DNA of 64,000 nt from Patescibacteria group bacterium (lineage in GTDB: Bacteria > Patescibacteriota > Patescibacteriia > CAIXNZ01): positions 27,932-91,931 of the forward strand of contig JBAZJU010000001.1 in the NCBI GenBank assembly GCA_041651155.1, read 5' to 3'. The notes below the pieces were generated by a model. The model saw nothing but the letters and a program-made list of their open reading frames with translations. It searched no databases and was not told the DNA's origin. How positions within the stretch are numbered: the first letter of the stretch is position 1; each line of letters opens with the position of its first letter. Position numbers and translations under genes: made by a program. Below, one piece after another: positions 9,479-18,449 of the stretch.

Positions 9479-9622
9479 ATGGACAAGAAAAGGAAAATAT
9501 TAAGTGATTGTCCTTTGGAGGATAAAACATGTGATGATTGCGACCAACAAATAGCTTGTCGGGAATTAGCAGCCAAAAGGAAAATATCATTGTTTGGCCG
9601 GATTAAAAAGTTGTTCACTTAA
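9479..9622 (+). CDS. 47 aa Cys-rich small protein
   Basis: Below the ORF cutoff. AAGGAGG SD; MDKKRKILSDCPLEDKTCDDCDQQIACRELAAK... Confidence 0.6.
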   Translation: MDKKRKILSDCPLEDKTCDDCDQQIACRELAAKRKISLFGRIKKLFT

Positions 9623-9636
9623 ACAAAGGAGGGAAA

Positions 9637-9816
9637 ATGGCAACGAATAATTTGCTGGTAATTATTGGTGAAAATGGAGAGATTGCTGAGACAGACGGCA
9701 GTGTAGAAAAAGAAACTCGTCAGGAGCGCAAGAATTTTAAAGCGTTTAAAAAAGAATTAGACGCTCTTTTGCGCCAAGTGCGAAATCCCGTGTCTTTTAA
9801 TGGGACAATGAAGTAA
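9637..9816 (+). CDS. 59 aa hypothetical protein
   Basis: Below the cutoff. AAAGGAGG SD; MATNNLLVIIGENGEIAETDG...; a hairpin follows. Confidence 0.6.
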   Translation: MATNNLLVIIGENGEIAETDGSVEKETRQERKNFKAFKKELDALLRQVRNPVSFNGTMK

Positions 9817-9938
9817 AATAGTTTACAGGATAATAATAAATAGGCGGCTCGCAAATGAGCCGCTTTTTGTTCTCTTGAGTTTGACACGGAGTTGTTTGTT
9901 TGGTAATTTGAAAAAAACAAGAAAGGAGGTGAAGTACA

Positions 9939-10490
9939 TTGCAAATTAAAAAAGGGACATGGCGCGTTGCGATTCTGATTCCTAAACTGAACATTGCGAT
10001 TAAACTGCCACGGATATATTTGCGTCCTGCCTGGAAAATAATAAAAAAGATGTCTACCAGCAAAACATGGTTACACTGGCAATTATTTAAGAGTACCGTT
10101 TACAGTGAAATTTCTCTCAGACAATGGATCTTTAGGGGCATAGTGGAAAATTGGCAAGAATTTTGGTTTTACCAGAAAACCAGGAATCTGTTTTGTGTTC
10201 CAACATATTTTTCCTTTTTGGGGCTCTTTAACATTCAAAAGCTGGGTTCAGAACCCAAAATCAATATCAATGATTTGCATTACCAATTTGTCATATTCAC
10301 TAACAATGAAGCCCGCGGTCACCATTATGACAATAATGGTAATTTTTCCTATCAAAATAGAAAATTGCAAATTCTTGATTATGGTTCTCCTAAGGTTCAG
10401 AAAGTGATTATTGAATTTGGCGCATTGCTGCAGGAGAAATTTGATATTAATGCCAAATGTCCGCACGATGGAATTATAAGCGGCTTGTGA
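9939..10490 (+). CDS. Hypothetical protein, possible minimal protein-kinase-like fold
   Basis: AAAGGAGGTG SD; GTWR..., IAIKLP, HYDNNGNF and ILDYG resemble kinase subdomains II, VIb and VII. Confidence 0.5.
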   Translation: MQIKKGTWRVAILIPKLNIAIKLPRIYLRPAWKIIKKMSTSKTWLHWQLFKSTVYSEISLRQWIFRGIVENWQEFWFYQKTRNLFCVPTYFSFLGLFNIQKLGSEPKININDLHYQFVIFTNNEARGHHYDNNGNFSYQNRKLQILDYGSPKVQKVIIEFGALLQEKFDINAKCPHDGIISGL

Positions 10491-10507
10491 AAACAGGTCG
10501 CTTTTTT
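10478..10507 (+). terminator. Terminator, near-copy of 9401..9430
   Basis: AAGCGGCTTGTGAAAACAGGTCGCTTTTTT. Confidence 0.7.
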
Positions 10508-10713
10508 ATTAGGATACTAATCTACGAATATTATACGAATCTACTAATATTTCCAGAAGGAATTTGTTGTAAATTTAGGGAATTTATGATAAATTTAAGT
10601 TATAAATATTAAAATTTTTTATGCCCTGCTTTAGCAGGCAATTGATTTTTTTGCCCACTTCCGCCGTCGCTGTGCTATGGCGGACAAGAAAGTGGGGTAT
10701 AAATTTAAAAAAT

Positions 10714-11919
10714 ATGGCAAAAGTTATTATAGACGAAAAATTAATTGAGGAAATTTTGAGGCGGGGGGTGGAACATGTTTATCCAGAACCAGGCGCTTTG
10801 AAAAAAGTTTTAATGTCAGGTAAAAGAATAAGGATTTATTGCGGGTTTGACCCAACAGGGCCTGATTTACATATTGGCCATGGCAATCAGTTGCGCAAAA
10901 TGGCTCAATTTCAGAAATTAGGACATGAAGTGATTTTTTTAATTGGCGATTTTACAGCCAGGATTGGCGATCCGACTGACAAGCTAGCTGCCAGAAAACA
11001 GCTTACCAAAAAAGAAGTAGAAAAAAATTTTCAGGGCTGGAAAAAGCAAGCCAGCAGTATTTTAGATTTTGGCAATAAAAATCCTATTAAGATAATGTAC
11101 AATTCAAAATGGCATGAGAAATTAAAGCTATCTGATGCTTTAGAGCTTGGTTCAAAAGTGACTGTCCAGAGAATGCTGGAACGCGACATGTTTGAAAAAA
11201 GAATGCAGGAAGGCAAACCAATTTATTTACATGAATTTTTGTACCCATTGATGCAAGGTTATGATAGCGTGGTTATGGACGTTGACCTAGAAATTGGGGG
11301 AAATGATCAAACATTTAACATGTTAATTGGCCGTGATTTAATGAAAACTTTAAAAAACAAAGAAAAGTTTGTCTTAACTATTAAACTTTTAGTTGATCCT
11401 AATGGCAAAAAAATGGGCAAGACAGAAGGTAATATGGTGGAATTATCAGATAGTCCTGAAAATATGTTTGGTAAAATCATGTCCTGGCCTGATGAAATGA
11501 TTATTGAGGTTTTTGAAATTTGCACAGATGTTCCCTTGGTTGAAATTAAGAAAATGAAAGAGCAAATGCAAACCGGCACTAACCCTCGCAATTTTAAATT
11601 ACTATTGGCATTTGAGATTGTAAAAATTTACAAAGGCGAGAAAGCAGCCAATGAGGCTCAGCTTAATTTTATAAAAGTTTTTTCCAATAAAGAAATACCG
11701 GAAGAAGTAAAAAGTTATAAAGTAGAAAGTAGAAAGCTTTTGGAAATTTTGGAAGAAACCGGTTTAGTAACTTCCAGGTCAGAAGCGCGGCGGGTAATTG
11801 AGCAGGGCGGAGTGAAAATTGATAATGAAGTTATTAAAGATGTGAATTTTAATTTATCATCTGGCGAACATTTGATTCAGAAGGGGAAGAGATTTTTCGT
11901 GAAAGTGATTATTGAATAA
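10714..11919 (+). CDS. tyrS: Tyrosine--tRNA ligase
   Basis: YCGFDPT..DLHIGH, YPLMQGYDSV, GGNDQ, KMGKT, C-terminal S4 domain. Confidence 0.97.
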   Translation: MAKVIIDEKLIEEILRRGVEHVYPEPGALKKVLMSGKRIRIYCGFDPTGPDLHIGHGNQLRKMAQFQKLGHEVIFLIGDFTARIGDPTDKLAARKQLTKKEVEKNFQGWKKQASSILDFGNKNPIKIMYNSKWHEKLKLSDALELGSKVTVQRMLERDMFEKRMQEGKPIYLHEFLYPLMQGYDSVVMDVDLEIGGNDQTFNMLIGRDLMKTLKNKEKFVLTIKLLVDPNGKKMGKTEGNMVELSDSPENMFGKIMSWPDEMIIEVFEICTDVPLVEIKKMKEQMQTGTNPRNFKLLLAFEIVKIYKGEKAANEAQLNFIKVFSNKEIPEEVKSYKVESRKLLEILEETGLVTSRSEARRVIEQGGVKIDNEVIKDVNFNLSSGEHLIQKGKRFFVKVIIE

Positions 11920-11948
11920 AGGGAAGAGGAGTAAGAAGGGTAAAAGGG

Positions 11949-11976
11949 GTCATCCTACGCTAAAGCTTCGGATGAC
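11949..11976. repeat. REP-like hairpin
   Basis: GTCATCCTACGCTAAAGCTTCGGATGAC. Confidence 0.75.
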
Positions 11977-12036
11977 ATGTAAGAAGGGATAAAATAATTT
12001 TTGTAGATTTGTAATATAATTTGTAATTTTGTAGGG

Positions 12037-13746
12037 ATGACTATTAACGACAAAATTAAACAGGAAATCGTTAACCTTTTAAAAAAACAAAAGGTCATGA
12101 TTAAAATTGAGGATTTGGAAATGCCGCCGAGTGCGGAAATGGGTGACTGGGCTTTGCCTTGTTTTAATTTGGCCAAAGAATTTAAACGAGCGCCGCAGGA
12201 GGTGGCTAAAGATTTTGCTCAGAATTTGAAACCCAGCGGATTAATTATAAATTTTAAAAGCATTGGGCCTTATTTAAATTTTGTGATTGACGCAAGCAAG
12301 GTGGCAGAAATAGTTTTAAAAGAAATTAGTAATAGTAAGCGCAAATATGGCCAAAGTAAAATCGGGAAAAAAGAAAAAGTAATGATTGAATATTCCCAGC
12401 CTAATACGCACAAGGAATTTCATGTCGGGCATTTGCGCAATGTCTGCATTGGCTCTGCTTTGGTCAATATTTATAAAAATTGTAATTATAAAGTTATTTC
12501 CGCCAATTATCCGGCAGATTCCGGAGCGCATGTGGCAAAAACTTTATGGTACATGCAAGAATATTTAAATCAAAGCGATATACCATCTGATCCGGCTGAC
12601 CGCGGTGAATTTTTAGGTCAAACTTATGCGCGCTCTGTGGCTGAACTTAAAGATCATCCAGAATTTAAACCTCAAGTTCAGGATGTGATGTTAAAATTAG
12701 AGGCCGGTGATAAACAATTAACAAAATTGTGGCAGGAAACAAGGCAATGGAGCTTGGATCAGTTTAATAAAATTTATAAAGAACTTGGCGTTGATTTTGA
12801 TGTTTGGTTTTATGAAAGCGTGGAAGAAAAAGAAGGCAAGAAAATGCTGCCTCAGCTTTTAAAGCATAGTTTTATCAAAAAGAGCGAGGGTGCGATCATC
12901 GCGGATTTAATCGAATATAATTTGGGAATTTTAGTTTTAATTCGTCAGGATGGCACTGCTTTGTATGGCATTAAGGACTTGGCTTTGGCCATGAAAAAAT
13001 TTAAAAAATATAGGATAAATAAATCCTTGTATTTAGTAGACATTCGCCAGTCGCAATATTTTCAGCAAATATTTAAGATTTTAGAATTGCTGGGCTTTAA
13101 AAAGGAAATGGTTTATGTGCCCTATGAATTTGTGCAATTAAAATCTGGGATTATTTCTTCGCGCACTGGCAATATTGTGACCTATGAAGAAGTGAAAGAA
13201 GCGGCTTTAAATAAAGTTTTGGCTGAAACTAAAGTCCGTCATCCCGATTGGTCTGAAAAGAAAGTTAATGAGGTGAGTTTGAAAATCGTGTTGGCTGCTT
13301 TGAAATTTGGCATGCTCAAAAGCGGTAATGACAAGGTGATTACTTTTGATATAAATGAATCTTTGGATTTAAACGGCTTTACCGGGCCATATTTGCAATA
13401 TACTTTGGCGCGTTTAAATTCTATTTTTAGAAAATTGGGCAAAGTAAAGACTAAAATAAGAATTGATTATAAAAATTTAGCCGCACCAATTGAAACTCAA
13501 TTGATTAAAGATTTAGCTGCTTATCCTGATAAAATTTTAGAAAGTTTAAAGATAAACGACCCCTCGATTATTGCCCAATATTCATTTAAATTATCCCAGG
13601 ATTTTAATGCCTTTTATCACGAACTCCCGGTTTTAAAAGCTAAGCTTGATGTTCAGGCAGCGCGTTTGGAACTTTTAAAGTCCATCTTGCAGGTCTTAAA
13701 AAATGGTTTAGAGATATTAGGGTTAGAAACACTAATTGAAATGTAA
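12037..13746 (+). CDS. argS: Arginine--tRNA ligase
   Basis: GPYLNF, EYSQPN..K.FHVGHLRN, SSRTG, GPYLQYT.AR, anticodon-binding domain. Confidence 0.97.
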   Translation: MTINDKIKQEIVNLLKKQKVMIKIEDLEMPPSAEMGDWALPCFNLAKEFKRAPQEVAKDFAQNLKPSGLIINFKSIGPYLNFVIDASKVAEIVLKEISNSKRKYGQSKIGKKEKVMIEYSQPNTHKEFHVGHLRNVCIGSALVNIYKNCNYKVISANYPADSGAHVAKTLWYMQEYLNQSDIPSDPADRGEFLGQTYARSVAELKDHPEFKPQVQDVMLKLEAGDKQLTKLWQETRQWSLDQFNKIYKELGVDFDVWFYESVEEKEGKKMLPQLLKHSFIKKSEGAIIADLIEYNLGILVLIRQDGTALYGIKDLALAMKKFKKYRINKSLYLVDIRQSQYFQQIFKILELLGFKKEMVYVPYEFVQLKSGIISSRTGNIVTYEEVKEAALNKVLAETKVRHPDWSEKKVNEVSLKIVLAALKFGMLKSGNDKVITFDINESLDLNGFTGPYLQYTLARLNSIFRKLGKVKTKIRIDYKNLAAPIETQLIKDLAAYPDKILESLKINDPSIIAQYSFKLSQDFNAFYHELPVLKAKLDVQAARLELLKSILQVLKNGLEILGLETLIEM

Positions 13747-13760
13747 AAATTTTAAATAAA

Positions 13761-13792
13761 GAAACCCCGCACACTTTGAATGCGGGGTTTTT
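13761..13792. terminator. Bidirectional terminator between argS and the convergent ncRNA
   Basis: AAACCCCGCA-loop-TGCGGGGTTT with T-rich tails on both strands. Confidence 0.75.
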
Positions 13793-14118
13793 AAGTTTTC
13801 TAGACTTACAGTCCATAGCTTTTCCCTCGGGAGCGGGGATCCTCCATCTGGCATTTGCATCAGTATCATTGGCGGAAGAAAGAAAGACCGCCTCGCTGGG
13901 CAAGTTCCCAGATTTCCCCTTTTGGGAGACTAAGCTCTAGAATTACTTCTAGTCGGAGACATATTGTTTGCAAGATTGTATTTAGCCGGCATTCCGGTAA
14001 AATGATTTTGGCTTAGAATTTTTCTTGCGCACTTTATGTTTGGGCTATGAGGCTGGAGATAGCTGAAATGAGAAAGAACTCTCCCGATATTGCCTTTGCT
14101 AGTCTAAAAAACTCAACT
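13792..14118 (-). ncRNA. Unassigned ~330 nt highly structured ncRNA candidate
   Basis: Promoter TTGCCA-17-TAAACT directly upstream; 15 bp terminal stem; many internal hairpins; terminator downstream; no credible ORF. Confidence 0.6.
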
Positions 14119-14124
14119 GATTTT

Positions 14125-14153
14125 AGTTTAACTTATTACTTAATTATTGGCAA
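14125..14153 (-). promoter_or_regulatory. Sigma70 promoter of the candidate ncRNA
   Basis: Minus strand TTGCCA (14153-14148), 17 nt, TAAACT (14130-14125). Confidence 0.6.
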
Positions 14154-14461
14154 TCTTTTAGGGATTTTTCCACAGAAATTAGATGGAGTTGTTAAAAGTT
14201 ATTAACAAAAAGCCGCTTGCTTTATTATCCTGAAAAAAATGAGAGGACAAGGATTCTTCGCTTTGCTTTGAATGACAGAAGAGGTTTTTTGTTTAACTGT
14301 GCATAAATCATCTAATTATTTTTAACAAAAATTGAGATTAAAAACCTCTTGTCAGAAAAAACAGGCATGATATTTTTAAGGCATAAATGCTTGAGCCAAA
14401 ATTAGCTTGGGCAATATAAAGTAAAACTATGAAAGGGGGAAACAAAAATCAAAAAAAGAGA

Positions 14462-14490
14462 GCACTCCTTCGCACAAGGCTACGGAGTGC
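14462..14490. repeat. REP-like hairpin
   Basis: GCACTCCTTCGCACAAGGCTACGGAGTGC. Confidence 0.7.
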
Positions 14491-14773
14491 AGGGAGGTAA
14501 ACACTTTTAATTGTGAAGGTGTTTTTTTATTGTTAGTTCTTTGAAAACAAAAAACAAAAGAAAGGAGTACGTGATTTAAAGTAGAAAAAGTTTAAAAGCA
14601 ACAGGAGCGCGTCATTTGGCAAGAAAAAAGCTTAACCTCAAAAATTGGACGAGTTGAAAAGCATTTTAACGCGACCTTTGGCACGTTAAAATGTCTGGCC
14701 CTGCACTAGCCTAGTTATGTACTGGGCAGTGCAGGGTAAAGTTTAACCCAAAACAAATTCAAGGAGTTCTGAA

Positions 14774-17443
14774 ATGAAAAAGTTAGTGACAATCGCGGTT
14801 ATGGTTCTGGTGGCTATGCTTTCACAAGAGGCTTTGGCTCACCAGATGTATATCAAGCAAAACCCGACAAACCAGATGGGTATTGAATTTGGCGTGGACA
14901 ACGCGACCGGCTTTGTACGTTGGCGCGCTTATGTCAAAGGCTGGACCAATAACAGCCAAGGCTTAAATTCCGGCTGGCAATCAGCCAATGGCTGGTGGTA
15001 TTATGACATCTCTTCGTTAACCCAAAGAGTCATGTGGCGTTTGGATGGTTTGACCAACCAAAAGTTTACAATTACTTACTGGGTATTTAAAAGCGATGGC
15101 ACTTGGGAATATGGTCCGCAAGTGGAAGTGATCTCAGACCAGATCCTGCCAACTGCCTTATTTGCCAGTCCTACCAATGGCCAGACTTTCACAACCAACC
15201 AGTTCAATATCTCAGTTAGCTCAAATGACAGCTTAAGTGGCGTGGCAGCGATCAGGATTTACGCTGTGGTACCCAGCGGCTTTAGTTTGAGCGGCTGGAC
15301 GCCTTCAGGTTTAGCTAACCAGTTTTACAAAGAATTTGGCCCATCTTCAATTAACTACAATTTTGTAGCTCCAAGTCCGGGCGCATATACCTTTACTCTC
15401 TGGGTCAAGGATAATGCCGGCAATATTGCCTATGAACCTGGTGGTCCAATTACAGTAAATGTAAATCAAGAAAATCCTCCGCCTCAGCCTACTCCGCCGA
15501 TCGCACCCAGCAATTTACAGCTCACAGCCAATGGCCAGGCAATTACTTTAACTTGGCAGGACAATTCCAGCGATGAAGAAGGTTTTGGCTTGTACAAAAA
15601 TAGCCAGTTTGTAAAAAATTTTACAGCCAATACCACTACTTATGCAGACTCTGGACTGCAATATGGCCAAAGCTACTGCTACAATGTTTATGCTTTCAAG
15701 GCTGGCTTAAATAGTTCTGGCATTGAAAGCTGCTTAACGCTGACAGCGCCGCCAAGCACAGACTATCACTATGCTGACAGCTTTACTTATCCATTAGCCT
15801 GCGACAAAATTTACAGAATTGAAAAAGATACGGAAATCCCAACTGGCGCCTGCTTTGATTATCAGCCTTATGGTTCACTTTTTGCCTACCTGGATAAAAT
15901 TCATCAGGGAGATGATCTGAACCTTAAAGGCATTAATGATTTAGGCAAACCAGTTTATGCGATTGCTAATGCTCTTGTTTGGGACTATGGCTGGACAAGC
16001 GGCTGGGGCAATTATCTGATTTTGCGCATTCAGGCCAACCCAGGACAATTTTTTTTCCTGACAGATAGCACAAAAGTTACAGAGATTTATGTGCTTTACG
16101 GCCATTTGGATGAAATTCAGATCATCAAAGATACAGGCGCTGTGATTGAAAAAGCCAGCATTGTGAAACAAGGGACTTATGTGGCCAAAGGCTGGCAGAT
16201 CGGCACAGTCGGCGACGGCAATGGCAATTTTAGCCCGCATTTGCATTTTGAAATCAGGATTAATGGCTACAGCCAGCTTGGCAATGGTTATTGGCCAGTT
16301 TCTGATCTAACCTATTTAAGCTATTTCGTGGATCCACTGGAATTCATTGAAAATAATGAGTCATTGGCCAAACCAGCTTTGCGTGTTTCTGTGCATGGCT
16401 ATGATATGCAGACATCCCGCAAAGTTAATGTGGCGCTAAACCAAAATTATTGGCACAGGCAGGGACGTGAAAGCGATGGTTTGCCCTTGGCTGCTGTTGG
16501 CTGGGCAAATCATATCTGGCTGACCAGCTCAACAAATGACACAACAGCTTCCTGGAATTTCTACGTGCCGCAAAACGGCGCTTACTCAGTTTACGTTATT
16601 GTGCCGCGTTATTATGGCCAGGCCAGCGGAGTAAGTTACAAAGTCTGGCATAGCAGCCAAAATACAGCCAATCCTTATGTGGCAAAGATAAACCAGGCAA
16701 ACAGCGATGTAAATAATAAGGTTTATCTTGGCACATTTGATTATTATCAGAATAATCAATATTCGGTAGATCTGCTGAGTAAGACTGCTGATAATCCAGC
16801 GAAAAATGTAGCTCTGGATTCAATCGTGCTTACCTATGAAGGTGATCTTGGCACTGGCGGAGGAACTGTTCCGCCGACTGATCCGCCAAGCAGTACAGAG
16901 CCGTTAACGATTAATTCTTCCGGCACACTGACCTTGCGATACTCTGGCACCTACTCAGCGCCGGTATTATACTGCTATGGCTCGGGAATGCCAGGCAGTA
17001 CGCCCATATTTTCCGGAGGAATTAAAGAAAAAACAATTAATGTCAGCCAATCCGGCAGGGTCTATTGCAACATTGAATTTGAAGACGGCCAGTGGCTGGG
17101 CAATTATCAGGGCATTATGCCAAATCAACATCTGTACGTTGAAGACCAGGAAATTACCTATTTTGAAGATAATGGCCAGGGCGGTAGCAATCTGATTTTT
17201 GACCTGGTTGTTAATGGCGATCCTGGAGATTCTCCGCCTGATGTTGATGATCCATCGGGAACCATAAATTTCAGCGGCACGATTAATGTCCCCGGGCTCG
17301 ATCAGTCCGCTATTAAAGGGGCAATCGGCTGTCAAATCAACAGGGGTGGGCAAGTCTTTAACTTCACAACCCTAATTAATCTGCTCGTTCTTTTCTCTCC
17401 GCTCCTTTTCCTTGTGATGCGCCGGCAAAAAAAATCTGCTTAG
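14774..17443 (+). CDS. Secreted multidomain protein: Ig-like, FN3, M23 metallopeptidase, beta-sandwich domains, C-terminal Cys+TM+basic anchor
   Basis: Signal peptide; FN3 APSNL...LTWQDNSSDEEGF; M23 HQGDD, GWGNY, YGHL, PHLHFEIR; tail GCQI...LLVLFSPLLFLVMRRQKK. Confidence 0.8.
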   Translation: MKKLVTIAVMVLVAMLSQEALAHQMYIKQNPTNQMGIEFGVDNATGFVRWRAYVKGWTNNSQGLNSGWQSANGWWYYDISSLTQRVMWRLDGLTNQKFTITYWVFKSDGTWEYGPQVEVISDQILPTALFASPTNGQTFTTNQFNISVSSNDSLSGVAAIRIYAVVPSGFSLSGWTPSGLANQFYKEFGPSSINYNFVAPSPGAYTFTLWVKDNAGNIAYEPGGPITVNVNQENPPPQPTPPIAPSNLQLTANGQAITLTWQDNSSDEEGFGLYKNSQFVKNFTANTTTYADSGLQYGQSYCYNVYAFKAGLNSSGIESCLTLTAPPSTDYHYADSFTYPLACDKIYRIEKDTEIPTGACFDYQPYGSLFAYLDKIHQGDDLNLKGINDLGKPVYAIANALVWDYGWTSGWGNYLILRIQANPGQFFFLTDSTKVTEIYVLYGHLDEIQIIKDTGAVIEKASIVKQGTYVAKGWQIGTVGDGNGNFSPHLHFEIRINGYSQLGNGYWPVSDLTYLSYFVDPLEFIENNESLAKPALRVSVHGYDMQTSRKVNVALNQNYWHRQGRESDGLPLAAVGWANHIWLTSSTNDTTASWNFYVPQNGAYSVYVIVPRYYGQASGVSYKVWHSSQNTANPYVAKINQANSDVNNKVYLGTFDYYQNNQYSVDLLSKTADNPAKNVALDSIVLTYEGDLGTGGGTVPPTDPPSSTEPLTINSSGTLTLRYSGTYSAPVLYCYGSGMPGSTPIFSGGIKEKTINVSQSGRVYCNIEFEDGQWLGNYQGIMPNQHLYVEDQEITYFEDNGQGGSNLIFDLVVNGDPGDSPPDVDDPSGTINFSGTINVPGLDQSAIKGAIGCQINRGGQVFNFTTLINLLVLFSPLLFLVMRRQKKSA

Positions 17444-17669
17444 GCGCAATTGCCCCGGATCAAAAAATGGTCCGGGGCTTCTTTCTTTTCCACAATAAGA
17501 TTGATCAGTATTTACAAATTAATAACAGTTTATTTTGTATAAGATTAGTCATTTTTTTAACTTAGTGTTAGCAAATTATAACACTTTTTAAAAGCAGGAG
17601 AGCTTGTTTTAATATATATTATAATTTACTATTAAGATAATAAACTAAAAAATTAATTTTAGAAAAATT

Positions 17670-18398
17670 ATGAAAAAATTACTCCTTATTATTCCGGTTT
17701 TGGCCTTATTGATTTTCCTTTCAGCCTGCAATCTAAAAGTCAATCTCAATTCCAATCTTAACCAAAGCACTGTTAAAATTGAGCCGAATGCAAACCAGAA
17801 TGCCAATGAAAATGTAAATCAAAATATTAATGTAGCGCCGATAGTCAACACAGAATATGTGGTGACAGCTAATCCTGAAAAAATGGTTACAGAAATAAAA
17901 AGCGGGGAAGTGACTTTAAAAGATTTTAAAGCATTGTGCGGCAATGAAGTCATGGTTTATGCTGAACCTAAAAATGGCTTTATAATTTTTCAGGCTTTTA
18001 ATCCTGGTTCTGATAAGCCAATTTCCAGTTTGTATTTGTTAGATTTGAGTTCCAAGGGCTGTAAAAAATTAGACGTGTCTAAAGAATTGTCTGATTTCGG
18101 CGCTTTGATTTTATCACCTGACCAGACAAAGCTGGCAGTGGCTTTAGAAACCAATGAAGCTAAAGAATTAAAAGTTTTGGATTTAATAAATGATACGGCA
18201 AAAGCTTTAGTCACCTTGCCTGAAGGCGAGACTTTAAACGGTGGTTATGGCGCCTTATCAAATCATTTTGATATAAAGTGGCTTGATGACAAAACGATTC
18301 AATATACTGTTTATGAAGATACAGTGAAAAATTATGCCAAGGAAGCGTCAGAAAAGATAGAAAAAGTTTTGCAGGTCAGGGTAGTGAAAGTTGAATAA
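17670..18398 (+). CDS. Lipoprotein with Asn-rich linker
   Basis: Lipobox FLSAC; LSPDQTKLA resembles a beta-propeller blade. Confidence 0.7.
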   Translation: MKKLLLIIPVLALLIFLSACNLKVNLNSNLNQSTVKIEPNANQNANENVNQNINVAPIVNTEYVVTANPEKMVTEIKSGEVTLKDFKALCGNEVMVYAEPKNGFIIFQAFNPGSDKPISSLYLLDLSSKGCKKLDVSKELSDFGALILSPDQTKLAVALETNEAKELKVLDLINDTAKALVTLPEGETLNGGYGALSNHFDIKWLDDKTIQYTVYEDTVKNYAKEASEKIEKVLQVRVVKVE

Positions 18399-18449
18399 AA
18401 AAATTAAATAAAAAAACGGTCCAATTTTCTTCGGGCCGTTTTTTATATA

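Noticed and set aside
6420-12036. T-box riboswitches before valS, tyrS or argS
   Set aside because: No GGTGGNACCGCG T-box motif; the leader hairpins are REP-like elements.
13640-13903. 87 aa minus-strand ORF
   Set aside because: It overlaps the argS end, the terminator and the structured RNA, and has no SD or recognisable motif.
13792-14118. tmRNA, RNase P RNA or SRP RNA call
   Set aside because: No acceptor stem with T-arm and CCA, no GAGGAAAGUCC/GGCUUA P4 helix and no SRP helix-8 motif. The tag-like frame alone is insufficient.
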